A stretch of 64,000 nt of DNA from Chiloscyllium plagiosum (lineage: Eukaryota): NCBI RefSeq assembly GCF_004010195.1, contig NC_057749.1:6229933-6293932 (forward strand), given 5' to 3'. A model generated the notes under the pieces. That model made no database searches. It saw only the letters and a list, made by a program, of their open reading frames with translations, and was not told the origin of the DNA. Below are positions 11,660-24,218 of the stretch, one piece after another. Both the position numbers and the translations under genes were made by a program. Within the stretch, counting starts at the first letter, position 1; the number at the start of each line of letters is the position of its first letter.

Positions 11660-12195
11660 AGCACACAAATCCACAGCCACAGTATGCCAATACTCATCAG
11701 AATGAAAGACCCCATACCCATAACATGCAGCTGCCACGTGATATATAAAATTCCATGTAACGACCAGCACAAACATTACATTGGCCAGACTGGAAGAAAA
11801 CTAGCAACCCGGATACACAAACACCAACCAGCAGCAAAATGGCATGACCAGCTCTTCCCCATTTCAGTACACGCAGATAAAGAGAACCATCAATTTGACT
11901 GGACAACATAACCATCCTAAGACACGCTAAGCAGAGACATGCATGGGAATTTGTAGATGCCTGGTTTTCATCCGTGATGCCATCTACAAGCATGTTGACA
12001 TAGACCCCATATACAAACCACTACAAAGGAAAGCCGGTAGAGCTAAGACCCACCTTAACAGACCGAGGCGTCTCGATATCAAGTGGAGTAGAAGAACAAT
12101 ATTTCACAGGAGTCGCACTGATGATATTGCCTAGCACAGTGGCAAAACATTTGCATGACAACCCATCATATCAGTGAACTAAACTCCAATCACAT
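11660..12195 (+). mobile_element. Penelope-like element fragment with GIY-YIG endonuclease remnant
   Basis: VIYKIPCNDQHKHYIGQTGRKLATRIHKH (11684-11911); decayed hammerhead 12118-12148. Confidence 0.88.
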
Positions 12196-12404
12196 CCCTT
12201 GCCTACCCGTGTGACCTTGCATTTCCCATGGCCAAGCCACCTGGCCTGCAAGTCTCTGGACTGTGAGGAGGAAACTAGAGCGCCCGGAGAAAACTCAAGA
12301 CGACACGGGGAGAATATGCAAATTTCACACAGACAGTCACCGAGGGTAGAATCGCACTCAGATCTCTGGTGGGGTAAGGCAGCAGTGCTAACCACTGAGC
12401 CACT
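12196..12404 (-). mobile_element. HE1-type SINE, partial
   Basis: gcagcagtgctaaccactgagccac head and V-domain antisense. Confidence 0.85.
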
Positions 12405-13140
12405 ACTTGCTGCATTGTAGATGGAACATACTGCTGCTACTGTTGGTGGCAGAGCTCACTCACACTCCTCATCATTCAATCGTACTCCTGACTTGGATCT
12501 GGGTGATAATGGACACGATTCAGGAAGTCAGGAAGTGAGTTGCGCACTGCACAACTCCTGCTGTCTGACCTGTCCCTTCAGCCATGCTAATTATATTCTT
12601 GGTCACATGCAATTTCTGATAAATTAATATCCACAGGCACTACCATAGCACCCACCCCTTCACACCAGGACGTTGATGGTGGGAATTCATTGGTTGTAAT
12701 TCTGCTGAACTCCAAGACGAGATGGTCAGGTTCTATCCTACTGGAGGTGATTATTACCTGGTACTTGTTTAGTGTGAAAGTTCCTTGCCATATCATCAGG
12801 CTTGAAGAAAAAAGTTTCTAAAAGGGGTGGCTAAATTTAAGACAATGTCAGATCTATTTCCAAGCTCTTGACACAGTGCTGAGGCTTCCTAGACTATCCA
12901 CAAAGGGGGCAGGGTATTTATAGTTACAACGGGTCTGCACTGGGCAATGAAGTGGTATTAATACCATTTTCCTGGTTCTCCAATTAGTGGGAGACATAGC
13001 AATGGTTAGCACTCAGTGGGTGGGTGTTCAGATTATGTCAATTTTTTTCTCAGATTGGAGAAGCTATTTACAAGCAAATACAAGCAGAACATTGTCTTTA
13101 TTCTTTATTCTTCCACGGGATGTGGGCTTCACTGGCAAGA

Positions 13141-13571
13141 CGTTATGAACCAGGCCAGACACCTTCAATACATTTCAAGAAGGTAGCCCAGACGTAACCT
13201 TTTCTAGTTGTTTTAAGCAAGGGTAATGTGGATATTCCAGGGGTAATGTGGATATTCCAGGGTTAAAGTGGATATTCCAGGGGTAATGTGGATATTCCAG
13301 GGTTAATGTGGATATTCCAGGGGTAATGTGGATATTCCAGGGTTAATGCAGCTGGACCAACCACTCAGTTTTAAACAAATTTATTTATACATAAGCAAAG
13401 GAAAACCAAACTTAGAGCGACATAACTATTTGAACACCCAATCGACTCTATCGAAACTTAATGATACTGTTCCAAATAATTGCAACATCTCATAAACACT
13501 CTCTTTGTTAAAAAGGTAAAATCAAACCCAGCTTCTTATGAGAGAGATGTCAGAGAGAAGAGAGGATCAGC
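13141..13571 (-). mobile_element. LTR-like repeat fragment
   Basis: Starts gttatgaaccaggccagacacc, reverse complement of the end of 50785-51346; strand given relative to that copy. Confidence 0.5.
13221..13348. repeat. 20-bp minisatellite, ~6.4 copies of ggKtaatgtggatattccag
   Basis: Directly visible head-to-tail copies without spacers. Confidence 0.97.
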
Positions 13572-14660
13572 ATGAAGGGGAAATCATGCTTGACTAATCT
13601 TCTTGAATTTTTTGAGGAGGTAACTCTGAAGATGGACAAGGGAGATCCAATAGATGTAGTGTACCTGGACTTTCAGAAAGCTTTTGATAAAGTCCCACAC
13701 AGGAGGTTAGTGAGTAAAATTAGGGCGCATGGTATTGGGGGCAAAGTACTAGATTGGATTGAAAATTGNNNNNNNNNNNNNNNNNNNNNNNNNNNNNNNN
13801 NNNNNNNNNNNNNNNNNNNNNNNNNNNNNNNNNNNNNNNNNNNNNNNNNNNNNNNNNNNNNNNNNNNNNNNNNNNNNNNNNNNNNNNNNNNNNNNNNNNN
13901 NNNNNNNNNNNNNNNNNNNNNNNNNNNNNNNNNNNNNNNNNNNNNNNNNNNNNNNNNNNNNNNNNNNNNNNNNNNNNNNNNNNNNNNNNNNNNNNNNNNN
14001 NNNNNNNNNNNNNNNNNNNNNNNNNNNNNNNNNNNNNNNNNNNNNNNNNNNNNNNNNNNNNNNNNNNNNNNNNNNNNNNNNNNNNNNNNNNNNNNNNNNN
14101 NNNNNNNNNNNNNNNNNNNNNNNNNNNNNNNNNNNNNNNNNNNNNNNNNNNNNNNNNNNNNNNNNNNNNNNNNNNNNNNNNNNNNNNNNNNNNNNNNNNN
14201 NNNNNNNNNNNNNNNNNNNNNNNNNNNNNNNNNNNNNNNNNNNNNNNNNNNNNNNNNNNNNNNNNNNNNNNNNNNNNNNNNNNNNNNNNNNNNNNNNNNN
14301 NNNNNNNNNNNNNGCAGGAAACATGTTTCCGCTGATGGGTGAGTGCCGAACCAGAGGACACAGCTTAAAAGTACGGAGTAGACCATTTAGGACAGAGATG
14401 AGGAGAAAATTCTTCACCCAGAGAGTGGTGGCTGTGTGGAATGCTCTGCCCCAGTGGGCAGTGGAGGCCCAGTCTCTGGATTCATTTAAGAAAGAGTTGG
14501 ATAGAGCTCTCAAAGATAGTGGAATGAAGGGTTATGGAGATAAGCCAGGAAGAGGATACTGATTAGGAATGATCAGCCATGATCATATTGAATGGTGGTG
14601 CAGGCTCGAAGGGCAGAATGGCCTACTCCTGCACCTATTATCTATTGTCTATTGTCTATT
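13572..14660 (+). mobile_element. Young CR1 3' portion spanning an assembly gap
   Basis: KGKSCLTNLLEFFEEVT...VYLDFQKAFDKVPH and FFTQRVVAVWNALP; (ctattgt)n tail. Confidence 0.92.
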
Positions 14661-14672
14661 GAAATTGCTTTG

Positions 14673-14792
14673 CTGGGTTCCCAGCAGCTTCTCCAGGTGC
14701 CTAGCAGCTTTACTGGGTTCCCAGCAACTTCTCCAGGTTCCCAGTTGCTTCTCTGGGTTCCCAGCAGCTTCTCTGGGTTCCCAGCAGCTTCT
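14673..14792. repeat. 20-bp minisatellite, 6 copies of ctgggttcccagcagcttct
   Basis: Directly visible tandem copies with an internal ctggg-tt-cccag palindrome. Confidence 0.93.
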
Positions 14793-14811
14793 CAGGGAAG
14801 CTGAGAAGGGA

Positions 14812-14910
14812 AGTTTCTCCTGCTCCTTGGATGCTGCCTGACCTGCTGCGCTTTTCCAGCAACACATTTTTCAGCTCTGATCTCCAGCATCTGCAGTCCT
14901 CACTTTCTCC
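14812..14910 (+). mobile_element. Penelope-type terminal repeat fragment
   Basis: ggatgctgcctgacctgctgcgcttttccagc...ctgcagtcctcactttctcc. Confidence 0.75.
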
Positions 14911-15220
14911 AAGACAAATAGAGACACACATGAGAATTCTTAGAAGCATGGTATTCCGAATGGAACTTGACATGGACCCCATTTACCACCCTCTGTGAGA
15001 AAGAACAGGAAATGTTATCACCACAGGAAATGACATCACCAACCCAAGGAAACCCAAACACATAAATAGAAAGCAGAACATAACACCAGTGTTTCACTGG
15101 AGGCTCACTGAGGATATTACCTCGTATGATGATGAAACAGCTGAAAACTAACCTTCCAGCTCAACGAGCAAACTTACATTCAGAACCTCAACATGAGCTA
15201 CAAACCTTCTCCAAACCCGC
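14911..15220 (+). mobile_element. Penelope-like element 3' end
   Basis: gagaattcttagaagcatgg (EFLEAW), similar to 22058-22380; hammerhead core 15108-15138. Confidence 0.75.
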
Positions 15221-15384
15221 TGACAACATAACCTTGTTAAAGGAGCAGCATGGTCACAACATTTGCTGCCCATTCCGAGTTGCCCGAGAAATGAGTGGCT
15301 TGCTAGACCATTTCAGAGAGCAATTAAAAGTCATTACCACTGCTGTGGGTAATGGGATAAGAATGCCAACATGAACTAAGTGTA

Positions 15385-15872
15385 GGAGGATGAGGGGTGA
15401 CCTTGTAGAAATTTATAAAAACATGAGGGGCATGGATAAGGCGAATGGCAGTGTCCTTTCCCTCGGGTGGGGGATTTCAAGACCAGGGACATATTTTTAA
15501 GGTGAGAGGAGAAACATTTTAAAAAGACATTTGTAAAGCGGCAATTGCTTTACAGGGAGAGTGGTTCATGTGCAGAATGAACTTCCAGAGGAAGTGGTGA
15601 GTGTGAATACAGTTACAAGCTTTAAAAGACATTTGGAAAAGTGCATGAATAAGAAATGTTTTGAGGGAAATGTCCCAAGCACAGGCAGGTGGCACTAGTT
15701 TAGTTTGAGATTATGGTCAGCACTGACTGTTTGGACTGAAGGGGGTCGAGAGTGTGGTGCTGGAAAAGCACAGCAGGTCAGACAGCATCTGAGGAGCAGG
15801 AGAATCAATGTTTCAGGCATGAGCCCTTCATCAGGAAGGGTCTGTTTCCATGCTGTATAACTCAATGACTCT
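15385..15872 (+). mobile_element. CR1 3' fragment with a nested Penelope-type repeat (15744-15834, minus)
   Basis: gaggggtgaccttgtagaaatttataaa; the nested piece is flanked by a gaaggg duplication. Confidence 0.85.
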
Positions 15873-17280
15873 ATAAAATGAGAAAATAAGAATGAATCAG
15901 TGAATTGAGAGGACAAAGAGAAGAATGTATTAATCAACTAAGAAACAGAAGAGAAGAATATTTTGTCGACAGCCCCATTAATAACTTCAGTCTGACAATA
16001 CATTGAAAAGGCATTGCTAATAACTAATTATCATTTCACTGCAAGAAAGGAAGGAAAGTCCCTTCTGAATTTCCACTGTCTTCCAATGTGCATTAATCAG
16101 ATTCAGAGTTGGCATCTTACATTATAACAAGTCCAGATCCCACTGCACTTTCAGGGCAATTATAATCCTGAGGCTATTTTTACACACATCCATCAATTTG
16201 TTGGTCAGTGGGTGGGGCATACTGCAGTCACCTCAAAGACAAGGTGCAAATGTCATCTTTTTGATGGGTTATAATTGGCATGGAGAGCAGCGAGCATGAA
16301 CTTTTCATAAGTTCAGTCACTGGGAGGGTGGAAAATGGCCATAATCTTAAAGTACACTAGTCCCACCTGCCTGAGCTTGGCTGATATCTCTCCAAATATT
16401 CCTTCTTCATGTATTTATCAAAATGTCTTTTGAATCATGTAACTGTATCTGCATTGACTATTTCCACTGGAATTTCATTCCAGACATGAACCACTCTTAT
16501 GTGTGAAAAAAATTGCATCTCCTGTCTTTTTAAACATCGTAGACTCAATGTTATTGAGAAGCAAAGATCAGAAACCATAGCCGTGCAAGATGTAATGATA
16601 TACACCATTTTGAGAAATATGGTTGAGCAAGACTCTATTAGAATCATCTTCCCTCAGATCCCAGTTCAGTTGGTGGGACATCATCTGATATTACTGAGGG
16701 TGTCAGTCTAGATATCAGTCTTTAGCTGTTAACCTATTATACTACAGCATTTGCATAGAAGCATAGGAATTAGGAGCAAAAGTAGGCCATTTGGCACTTT
16801 GATCCTTCTTTGTTATTCAATATGATCACGGTAGGTCATCCAACTCAGTATCCAGTTTCCATTTTTTCCCCATAAATCTCTTTAGCCCTAAGAACTAGTT
16901 ACAGTTATAGGAGTATGGTTTCCGATCCTCGCCTGTCATTGGTTGGTTGATATAGGTATCCAATGCTCATTTAATGCCTTATACCACTTTCCCAGAGAGT
17001 GTAAGCTGGGAACCCCCGCAGATCCAGCCACAGTACAGCATAAAAAAAGAATAAATGGCCTGACCAGGTCTATCCAGGCAGCAGTCCTCTTCATGTCTGT
17101 TTATCTTTGCATGATTTTAATTCACTGTTTTACCATTCCTCGGTCCTCATACCTCACAACAGGCTCCAAACCGTCCCTCCTTCCTGCCCATATAAGCCCC
17201 CACTGGTACATTTCCACCTAGGTTGCTTTCTGTATTGCTTGTCATTTGGCACACTGAGCTGAACAGGTTCCTGCGTACAG

Positions 17281-17612
17281 TCATAGGGATGTACACCACG
17301 GAAACAGACCCACCAGTCTAACTTGTCTATGTTGACCAGATATCTTAAAATAATCTAGTCCCATTTGCCAGCACTTAACCCATATCCCTCTAAACCCTTC
17401 CTATTCATATACCCATCCAGATGCCTTTTAAATGATGGAATTGTACTAGCCTTCACCACTTCCTCTGGCAGCTCATTCCATCCATGCACCACGGAGGGTA
17501 GGGGAGCTTGGCTATTCACTCTATCCATGCCCCTCATGATTTTATAAACCTCTATAAGGTCACCCCTCAGCCTCCGACACTCCAGGGAAAATAGCCCCAG
17601 CCTATTCAGTCT
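17281..17612 (-). mobile_element. CR1 (HER1-like) 3' fragment
   Basis: LNRLGLFSLECRRLRGDLIEVYKIMRGMDRV. Confidence 0.9.
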
Positions 17613-18954
17613 TTTCCTTTTTTTTTTAAATATTACCAAAGCTACAGAAAAATTTGCAAGTTAGCCACTAGACCCTTCAGACAAACACAGAGGAAACCCA
17701 TACGCCATTAGATAAAAGTTTAAAAATTTGAACTCAAAAAGAAATAGATGTTTAGGAATAGAATTCTAGAGTTTAGGAGCCAGGTGGGCAAAGGCCTAAT
17801 TAAAAATACACCATCTAAGCATAAGAACTGCTAAAAAAAATGTACTTTTGAAGCTTTGAAAGTTGAACTCATCTGGACAGATGCAAGAGTACCAAATTTC
17901 AAAGGGAACAACAATTTATGTGGCTTGATAAATGGGTACCGATTGGTTGACAAGTCAACTCTGATTGGTTGATGCTTTCCATGCAGAATGTGACATGGAA
18001 CCTCTTCACTGCTCTTTGTTTAAATCCAAAGTGACACAGCGCCCGGACACATTCCTTTAATTTGCAAAGGACAAGCCCCTAACTATGAATATCTGTAATT
18101 TTTGGCAAATGAAAGCACATCGTATTGCAAGACCAACAAATAATCTTAAACGGATTGTTAATGTGATTCCTAGCAGACTTGGAATTATTCAGATAGTGCT
18201 GTCTAATTACAGAATCACATCTAACACCCCTGGTGGCATTTCAGCCATACCCAGGTTTAGTGCCACTAAGCCACGATTCACATAAATGTAAGTACAGTCT
18301 TTCTCCTGAGGCTTGAAAGTGTTAAATATAAACCCGAGGACAAAGTACTCGTGGTTCTTAATTCAAAGAACATTGCCTTCACATCTTGAGGACACGCCGT
18401 GCATGGATCAGTCCGCCTCAGACTCTAATGAGCTGCCTGAGTTTTTGACTGGGGTCTGACATAGAAGCTTTCACCTCAAGGGAACTGAAGCTGACAACAT
18501 GTAACCTGCCCTCTAAAAGCACTCTTCCTGGTTGCCAATTAAGGAATGAAAAGTTGAGCCGCTCATGGATCAGTACATGACACAGAGGCTCCAACTCACC
18601 CTAAGGTGACTCGATACAGGGGCTGGGAATGCTGCCACATGGTGGAAAGCTCAGCGCAAATTAGCAGGAGAAAAAGTGCAAAAGGTATTTTTCTTTAGTT
18701 GCCCTAGTGTGTTGACTGTCAGAAACAGCATGCTCAAGTTGCAGTACATTTAATTACAGATTGCTGTCTTCCTTCGGTATGTAGTTGATTTAATTACAAA
18801 CTGTGCGTTATGAAGCAAAATAAGCATTTACATCCTTCTCCCCTCTTCTCTTCCCTTCCCCAGTTTTATCATCATGTTTTCTGAAATTAAATGTACTGCT
18901 CGCTCTTAAGCAAACATCTGTCTATCTCATCCAAAAAGTCAAGTATTGGAAACT

Positions 18955-19392
18955 TACAACTGTATAGTACAGGAACGGACACTTCAGCCCACGGTGTTGT
19001 GTGAACATGTTAAACCAATCCCATCTGCTTGCGCTCGATCAATATCCCTCCATTACTTGCATATTCATAGTTAAAAATCACACAACACCAGGATATAGTC
19101 CAACAGGTTCATTTGAAAGTACAAATAAACCTGTTGAACTCTAACCTGGGGTTCTGTGATTTTTACCTTTGATCACCCCGTTCAATACCGGCACCTTCTC
19201 ATCATGGTATATTCATGTGCTTATCTTATAGTCCCTTCAACGCTCCTATCATATCTGCCTCCAGTGCCACTCCTGTCAGCATGTTCCAGACTCCTACCAC
19301 TCTCTGTGTAAAAAACCTGCCCCTCACACCTCCTTTGAACTTTTCCCTTCTCACCTTAAATGCATGACCCTTCGTATTAGACATCTTTAATT
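18955..19392 (-). mobile_element. CR1 3' fragment with a nested fold-back element (19069-19208)
   Basis: GHAFKVRREKFKGGVRGRFFTQRVVGVWN; the nested palindrome is flanked by atattcat. Confidence 0.85.
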
Positions 19393-20269
19393 GAGAATTT
19401 TTAAGGTGAGTGTCCACAGGACAGTTCAACTATGGGGGCATCACAATCTGTCCCATCTTCACCATTTGCGCACGTTCCTTTTGAGACTCAAAATGCTCAC
19501 TGGTTCAGATCAGTGTAACCCAAGGGCCAAATGTTCACCTGTAACAACAACTTGATACAACATCCCAAAGCCTTTCACCTCAATCAAAATATGAGCCACA
19601 TAACATTCAGACGGGTGGCCAAATGCTTGTTAATGAAAATATAGGGAGTATCTTCAAGGAAATAGGAGAGATAGGTACGCTGGAAAGGCTTAGAGAGGCA
19701 TTCCAGATCTTGAGGCACCCCTGGTGGAGTGAACAGAGTCAGGGAGGCATAAACGACCAGAAATGGAAGAGCAGAGAGATGTCCGAGTGTTGTAACGTAA
19801 AGTAACTTCTCCTTAACTTACAGATTCAGACTTTGAACCAAGCTAAGGATCCAATATAAGGATATCTGACTGACCTCAAGGCAGCATTTACAATTACACT
19901 TGGAGGCTTTAAGATTTTTATTCGTACATGGGAGATGGGCATCACTGGCTGGGCCAGAATTCGTTGGCCATTCCTGGAAAAGGTGATAGTGTGCTGTTTT
20001 CTTGAAATGTTACATTCCTTGAAATTGAGGGACAACCAGGATGCTGGTACGGTAGGAGCGAGAGTGAAGTAACGACGATGGTGTGTGGTACGGAGGTGAG
20101 ATTGTAGGTGATGGCATTCCTATGTATCTGCTTTATAATGTATAAGAACATGTTGTTTTGCTGCATGGACGTCAGAGCAAATGGCATATGATATTCTGAT
20201 ATAAATATACTTCCCTGACCTCCAGTTGCTTTCTCTGTGTAATGGTGTCAATGTAGTGTGTTTTGTCAG

Positions 20270-20488
20270 TCAGTTATATGTATATAACAGACAGTAACAT
20301 CAGTATGCATAGAACCCAGACTATGTTCTGGTCTGATGATATTACAGCAACAAAAGTAGTTAGTATTGTTTATAAATTTCAAGAAATCCCTCTCAACAAG
20401 AAACCATTTTTTATGGTATGTTTCGAGGGGTTAACAGTCAAGCCACAAAATACAATCAGTGGTATTCAATTCAAAATGCTACACGAAG
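20270..20488 (+). CDS. Candidate symmetric phase-1 coding exon (beta-strand-rich peptide)
   Basis: Acceptor gtgttttgtcag, donor GAAG|gtaaca, 219 nt open in AT-rich unique DNA. Confidence 0.33.
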
Positions 20489-20805
20489 GTAACATAATTA
20501 GAATATATCTGCCTTAGTATACAATTTGAGATTGTTAAATTGTATCGATTTCTGAAACAAAAACCAGGAGTTTGGGGTACATTTGCATTCTATGTAAAAC
20601 ATGGTTTCGGACCTTATTCAGTTTTATCCTGTAAAACTGGGTCAACACCGCGTAACTGCTTCAGGCTTCAACCAGATCAATCTGGCCTACAGAGATATGA
20701 GGGATGATTTGTGAGCTGGAAATTTCTTCTGGGGATTCTGGGAATTCTTCTGGGGATCTGCAGAGTGCCTTGGCAAGTAAAAATAGAGGTGTTGTCTCCC
20801 CAGTG

Positions 20806-20917
20806 CTTATGCCCGAAACGTAGATTCTCCTGTTCCCTGGATGCTGCCTGACCTGCTGCGCTTTTCCAGCAACACATTTTCAGCTCTGATCTCCAGCATC
20901 TGCAGACCTCAATTTCT
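20806..20917 (+). mobile_element. Penelope-type terminal repeat insertion
   Basis: 11-bp TSD tctccccagtg; the empty site is present in the paralogous segment at ~22503-22513. Confidence 0.85.
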
Positions 20918-21121
20918 TCTCCCCAGTGTTTGAATGATAAACTGAAATAGGCCTTTGCAGACTGAGCTACCACTGTGGGGATTAGCCCTTGACTGGATAG
21001 GCCACAGTTACTGCTAAAGTTGTCATCTCTTCAACTCATGAATTTCCCTATTGCTTTTACCCTAGTGATAAACACAGGCTGGCAGAGAACATGAGAGATT
21101 TGATGAAAGGGGTAGGATTTT

Positions 21122-21398
21122 CATAGAATCTCTAGAAGGCAGCAAGAGGCCATTCTGCCCATTGACGCCTGCACCAACCTGCTGAAAAGCATCCCACCTT
21201 AACCAGACCCTATCCTCACATTTGGCATCACCAATCTATCTCGCTTGCATCTTTGGAGTATGGGACAAAACCGGAGCATCCAGTGGAAAGCCACACAGAC
21301 ACAGGGAGAATGTGCAAACTCCACACAGTGATCCAAAGTTGGAATCGAACTCAGGTCCCTGGTGATGTGAGGGAGCAGTGCTGGCCACTGAGCCACCC
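21122..21398 (-). mobile_element. HE1-type SINE
   Basis: Antisense head and V-domain. Confidence 0.85.
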
Positions 21399-21488
21399 TG
21401 TTTTTCTGGTTGGCTTTTGAATCCCACCGTCAGGCTCAAAGTAAGGATTAGAATCGTGTTCGCCTTGTGGTAAACCATCCCTCACCTG

Positions 21489-22380
21489 AAGTGATGGATT
21501 CGCTCACTAAGCTGATGTGCTTTTCTGCAGACATTTTGTCGCCCTCGCTAAGGTAACATCATCAGTGCATGTTCGATAAGGTGTTGGTGGTCTGCCCTGC
21601 CTGGTTTTATGCATCTCTGTTTGTTGGTACTTGCGGTTATGTATCTGCGTGGTTTGTATACAAGGTCCAGTTCAATGCGTCTATTGATGGAGTTAAATAT
21701 CACACAACACCAGGTTATAGTCCAACGGGTTTAATTGGAAACACACTAGCTTTCGGAGCAACGCTACTTCATCAGGTGATAGTCACCTGGTGAAGGAGCG
21801 TCGCTCCGAAAGCTAGTGTGTTTCCAATTAAAACTGTTGGACTATAACCTGGTGTTGTGTGATTTTTAACTTTGTACACCCCAGTCCAACACCAGCATCT
21901 CCAAATCATGACTTCTATTGATGGAGTTCTAGTTGGAGTGCCAGGCCCCAAGGAGCTCTCTGGTGTGTCTCTGTTTTGCCTGTGCTAGGATGGTTACATC
22001 GTCCCAGTTGAATTTGTGTCCTTCGTTGTCTGTGTAGTTGGAAATGAGAGAGTGCTGGATGGCGTAACCATCCTAGCACAGGCAAAACAGAGACACGCCA
22101 GAGAATCTCTTGGTGCCTGGCACTCCAACTGGAACCCCATCAATAGACACATTGAACTGGACCCTATTTACAAACCGCTCAGATACAGAACTGCAAGTAC
22201 CAACAAACAGAGACATATAAATACTAGGCGGGACAGACCACCAACATTTTATCGAACACACACTGATGATGTCACCTAGCGAGGCGACAAAACGTTTCCA
22301 GAAAAACACACCGGCTCGGCGAACGAATCCATTACTTCATCCACACCCAAGCTACAAATCTTCCACGAACTCTAAACACA
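21489..22380. mobile_element. Inverted pair of Penelope-like 3' ends with a nested fold-back element (21695-21913)
   Basis: TILAQAKQRHARESLGAWHSNWNPINRHIELDPIYKPLR on plus with a mirror copy on minus; TSD cctcacctg. Confidence 0.85.
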
Positions 22381-22689
22381 CCTCACCTGCGATTTTCCCT
22401 GAACTGGCCAGAGGTCAGGCTAGCTATACAGAAAGACTACGGGTGGCTTTCCAGCCTCAAAGCAGCTGCAGGGTACCTTGACAAGTGAAAATAGAGGTGT
22501 TGTCTCCCCAGTGTTTGAATGATAAACTGAAATAGGCCTTTGCAGACTGAGCTGCCACTGTGGGGATTAGCCCCTGAGTGGATGGCCCACAGTTACTGCT
22601 GAACTTATCATCTCTTCAATTCATGAAATTCCCTATTGCTTTTACCCTAGTAATGGTTATTGCTATCCTCCTTTTGCCCATTAATTAAT

Positions 22690-23583
22690 CAGTATTTATG
22701 GGATGCTATCAGAGTTTTCTACTGTAAAGTACTTATTCAATTCCTCTGTCATTTCCTAGCATGCCATTATTATTATTATTTCAGCCCCCTTCTCTCAGGA
22801 GCCTATGTTTACTTTAGCCCCTCAGTTTTTATATAATTACAGGAGCTCTTCTTGTCTGTTTTGGTATTACTTACAAGTTTACTCTCGAAGTTTATTTTCT
22901 CTCTTTTCTTTAGTTATCTTTTAGATTAGATTAGATTAGATTAGATTCCATTCCCTAAGTGCGGAAACAGGTCCTTTAGCCCAACAAGTCCATACCGACC
23001 CTTGGAAGAGTAATCCACCCAGTACCATTTCTCTCTGACTAATGCACCGATCACTATGGGTGATTTTTAGCATGGCCAGTTCACCTGACCTGCACATCTT
23101 TGGACTGTGGGAGGAAACCCACGCAGACACGGGGAGAATGTGCAAACTCACAGACAGTTGCCCGAGATGGGAATTGAACCGAGGTCCCTGGTGCTGTGAG
23201 GCAGCAGTGCTAACCACTGAGCCACTGTGCCACTCCATGTTGGTTTTTAAAACCTTCCCCATTCTTTGGCTTGCCATTAATCTTTAACACTGTATGCTTT
23301 GACTTTTGAGTAAATGCTATCCTTAATTCCTTGGCTAAGTATGGCTTCTCCCTATCCTAGAATCCTTCTTTCTGCCTGGGATATACATTTGTTGTGAATC
23401 ATGAAATATTTTCTTAAATATCTTCCATTATTCCTCAATGCCTTTCCTGCAAAACTTTTCTTCCTATCTGCTCCAGTAAACTCTGCCCCCAGTCCTTCAT
23501 AATTGTCCTGATTTAAGCTTCGCACAGTTGTTTCTGACCCAGGTTTTTCACTCTCAAACGGAAAGTTAACAACTATAGACATG
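22690..23583 (-). mobile_element. Old CR1 ORF2 fragment interrupted by an HE1 SINE
   Basis: Degenerate antisense ORF2 linker region (SETTVRSLNQDNYEGLGAEF). Confidence 0.5.
22922..23232 (-). mobile_element. HE1-type SINE
   Basis: (gatta)n tail, V-domain, head. Confidence 0.92.
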
Positions 23584-23964
23584 AAGCTAATTATCTTGGA
23601 ATCAAGAGATTAGAATTCAAGTTATCATTCAGTAATAAGTACTGACTGTGTTATTTTCTGTTATTGCCTGATTAAATCTGTTGTTGATTATTTTATAATG
23701 CACAATTCTACTCTGTCAAAAGCATTGCAAATTAATTTAATAACAAGTGGGTGTAGATGTCTACCAAAGCACTGCCTGAAGTAGATATTTTTAAACGAAC
23801 CTGTTCTGATATAGTTATTGGAAATGGGACTTGAACTCAGATCTCTTAACTCGGGACATTATCAATGCACCACAAGAAGCCATTAAATAGTTGGCATCTG
23901 GTAATAGGACAGTTAAGGATGCAAAGTGCACCTTAATCAACAGGGTGGGAATATGAGAAGAAAA

Positions 23965-24218
23965 TTATTATCACCCTGCATTTCCCACAGTTAATCCACC
24001 TAGCATGCTCACTCCTGGACAGTACAAGCAATTTAGCATAGCCAATCCATCTAATCTGCACACCTTTGAACTGTGGGAGGAACTGGAGCATTCGGAGGAA
24101 ACCCACGCAGACACGGGGAGAATGCGCAAACTCCACACAGACAGTCACCTAACGATGGAATCAAATGCAGGTCCCTGGTGCTGTGAAGCAGCAGTGCTAA
24201 CCACTGAACCACCATGCC
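23965..24218 (-). mobile_element. HE1-type SINE
   Basis: Antisense head and V-domain. Confidence 0.88.

Noticed and set aside
13221..14792. Two 20-bp repeat arrays as CRISPR arrays
   Set aside because: No unique spacers, no cas genes, vertebrate context
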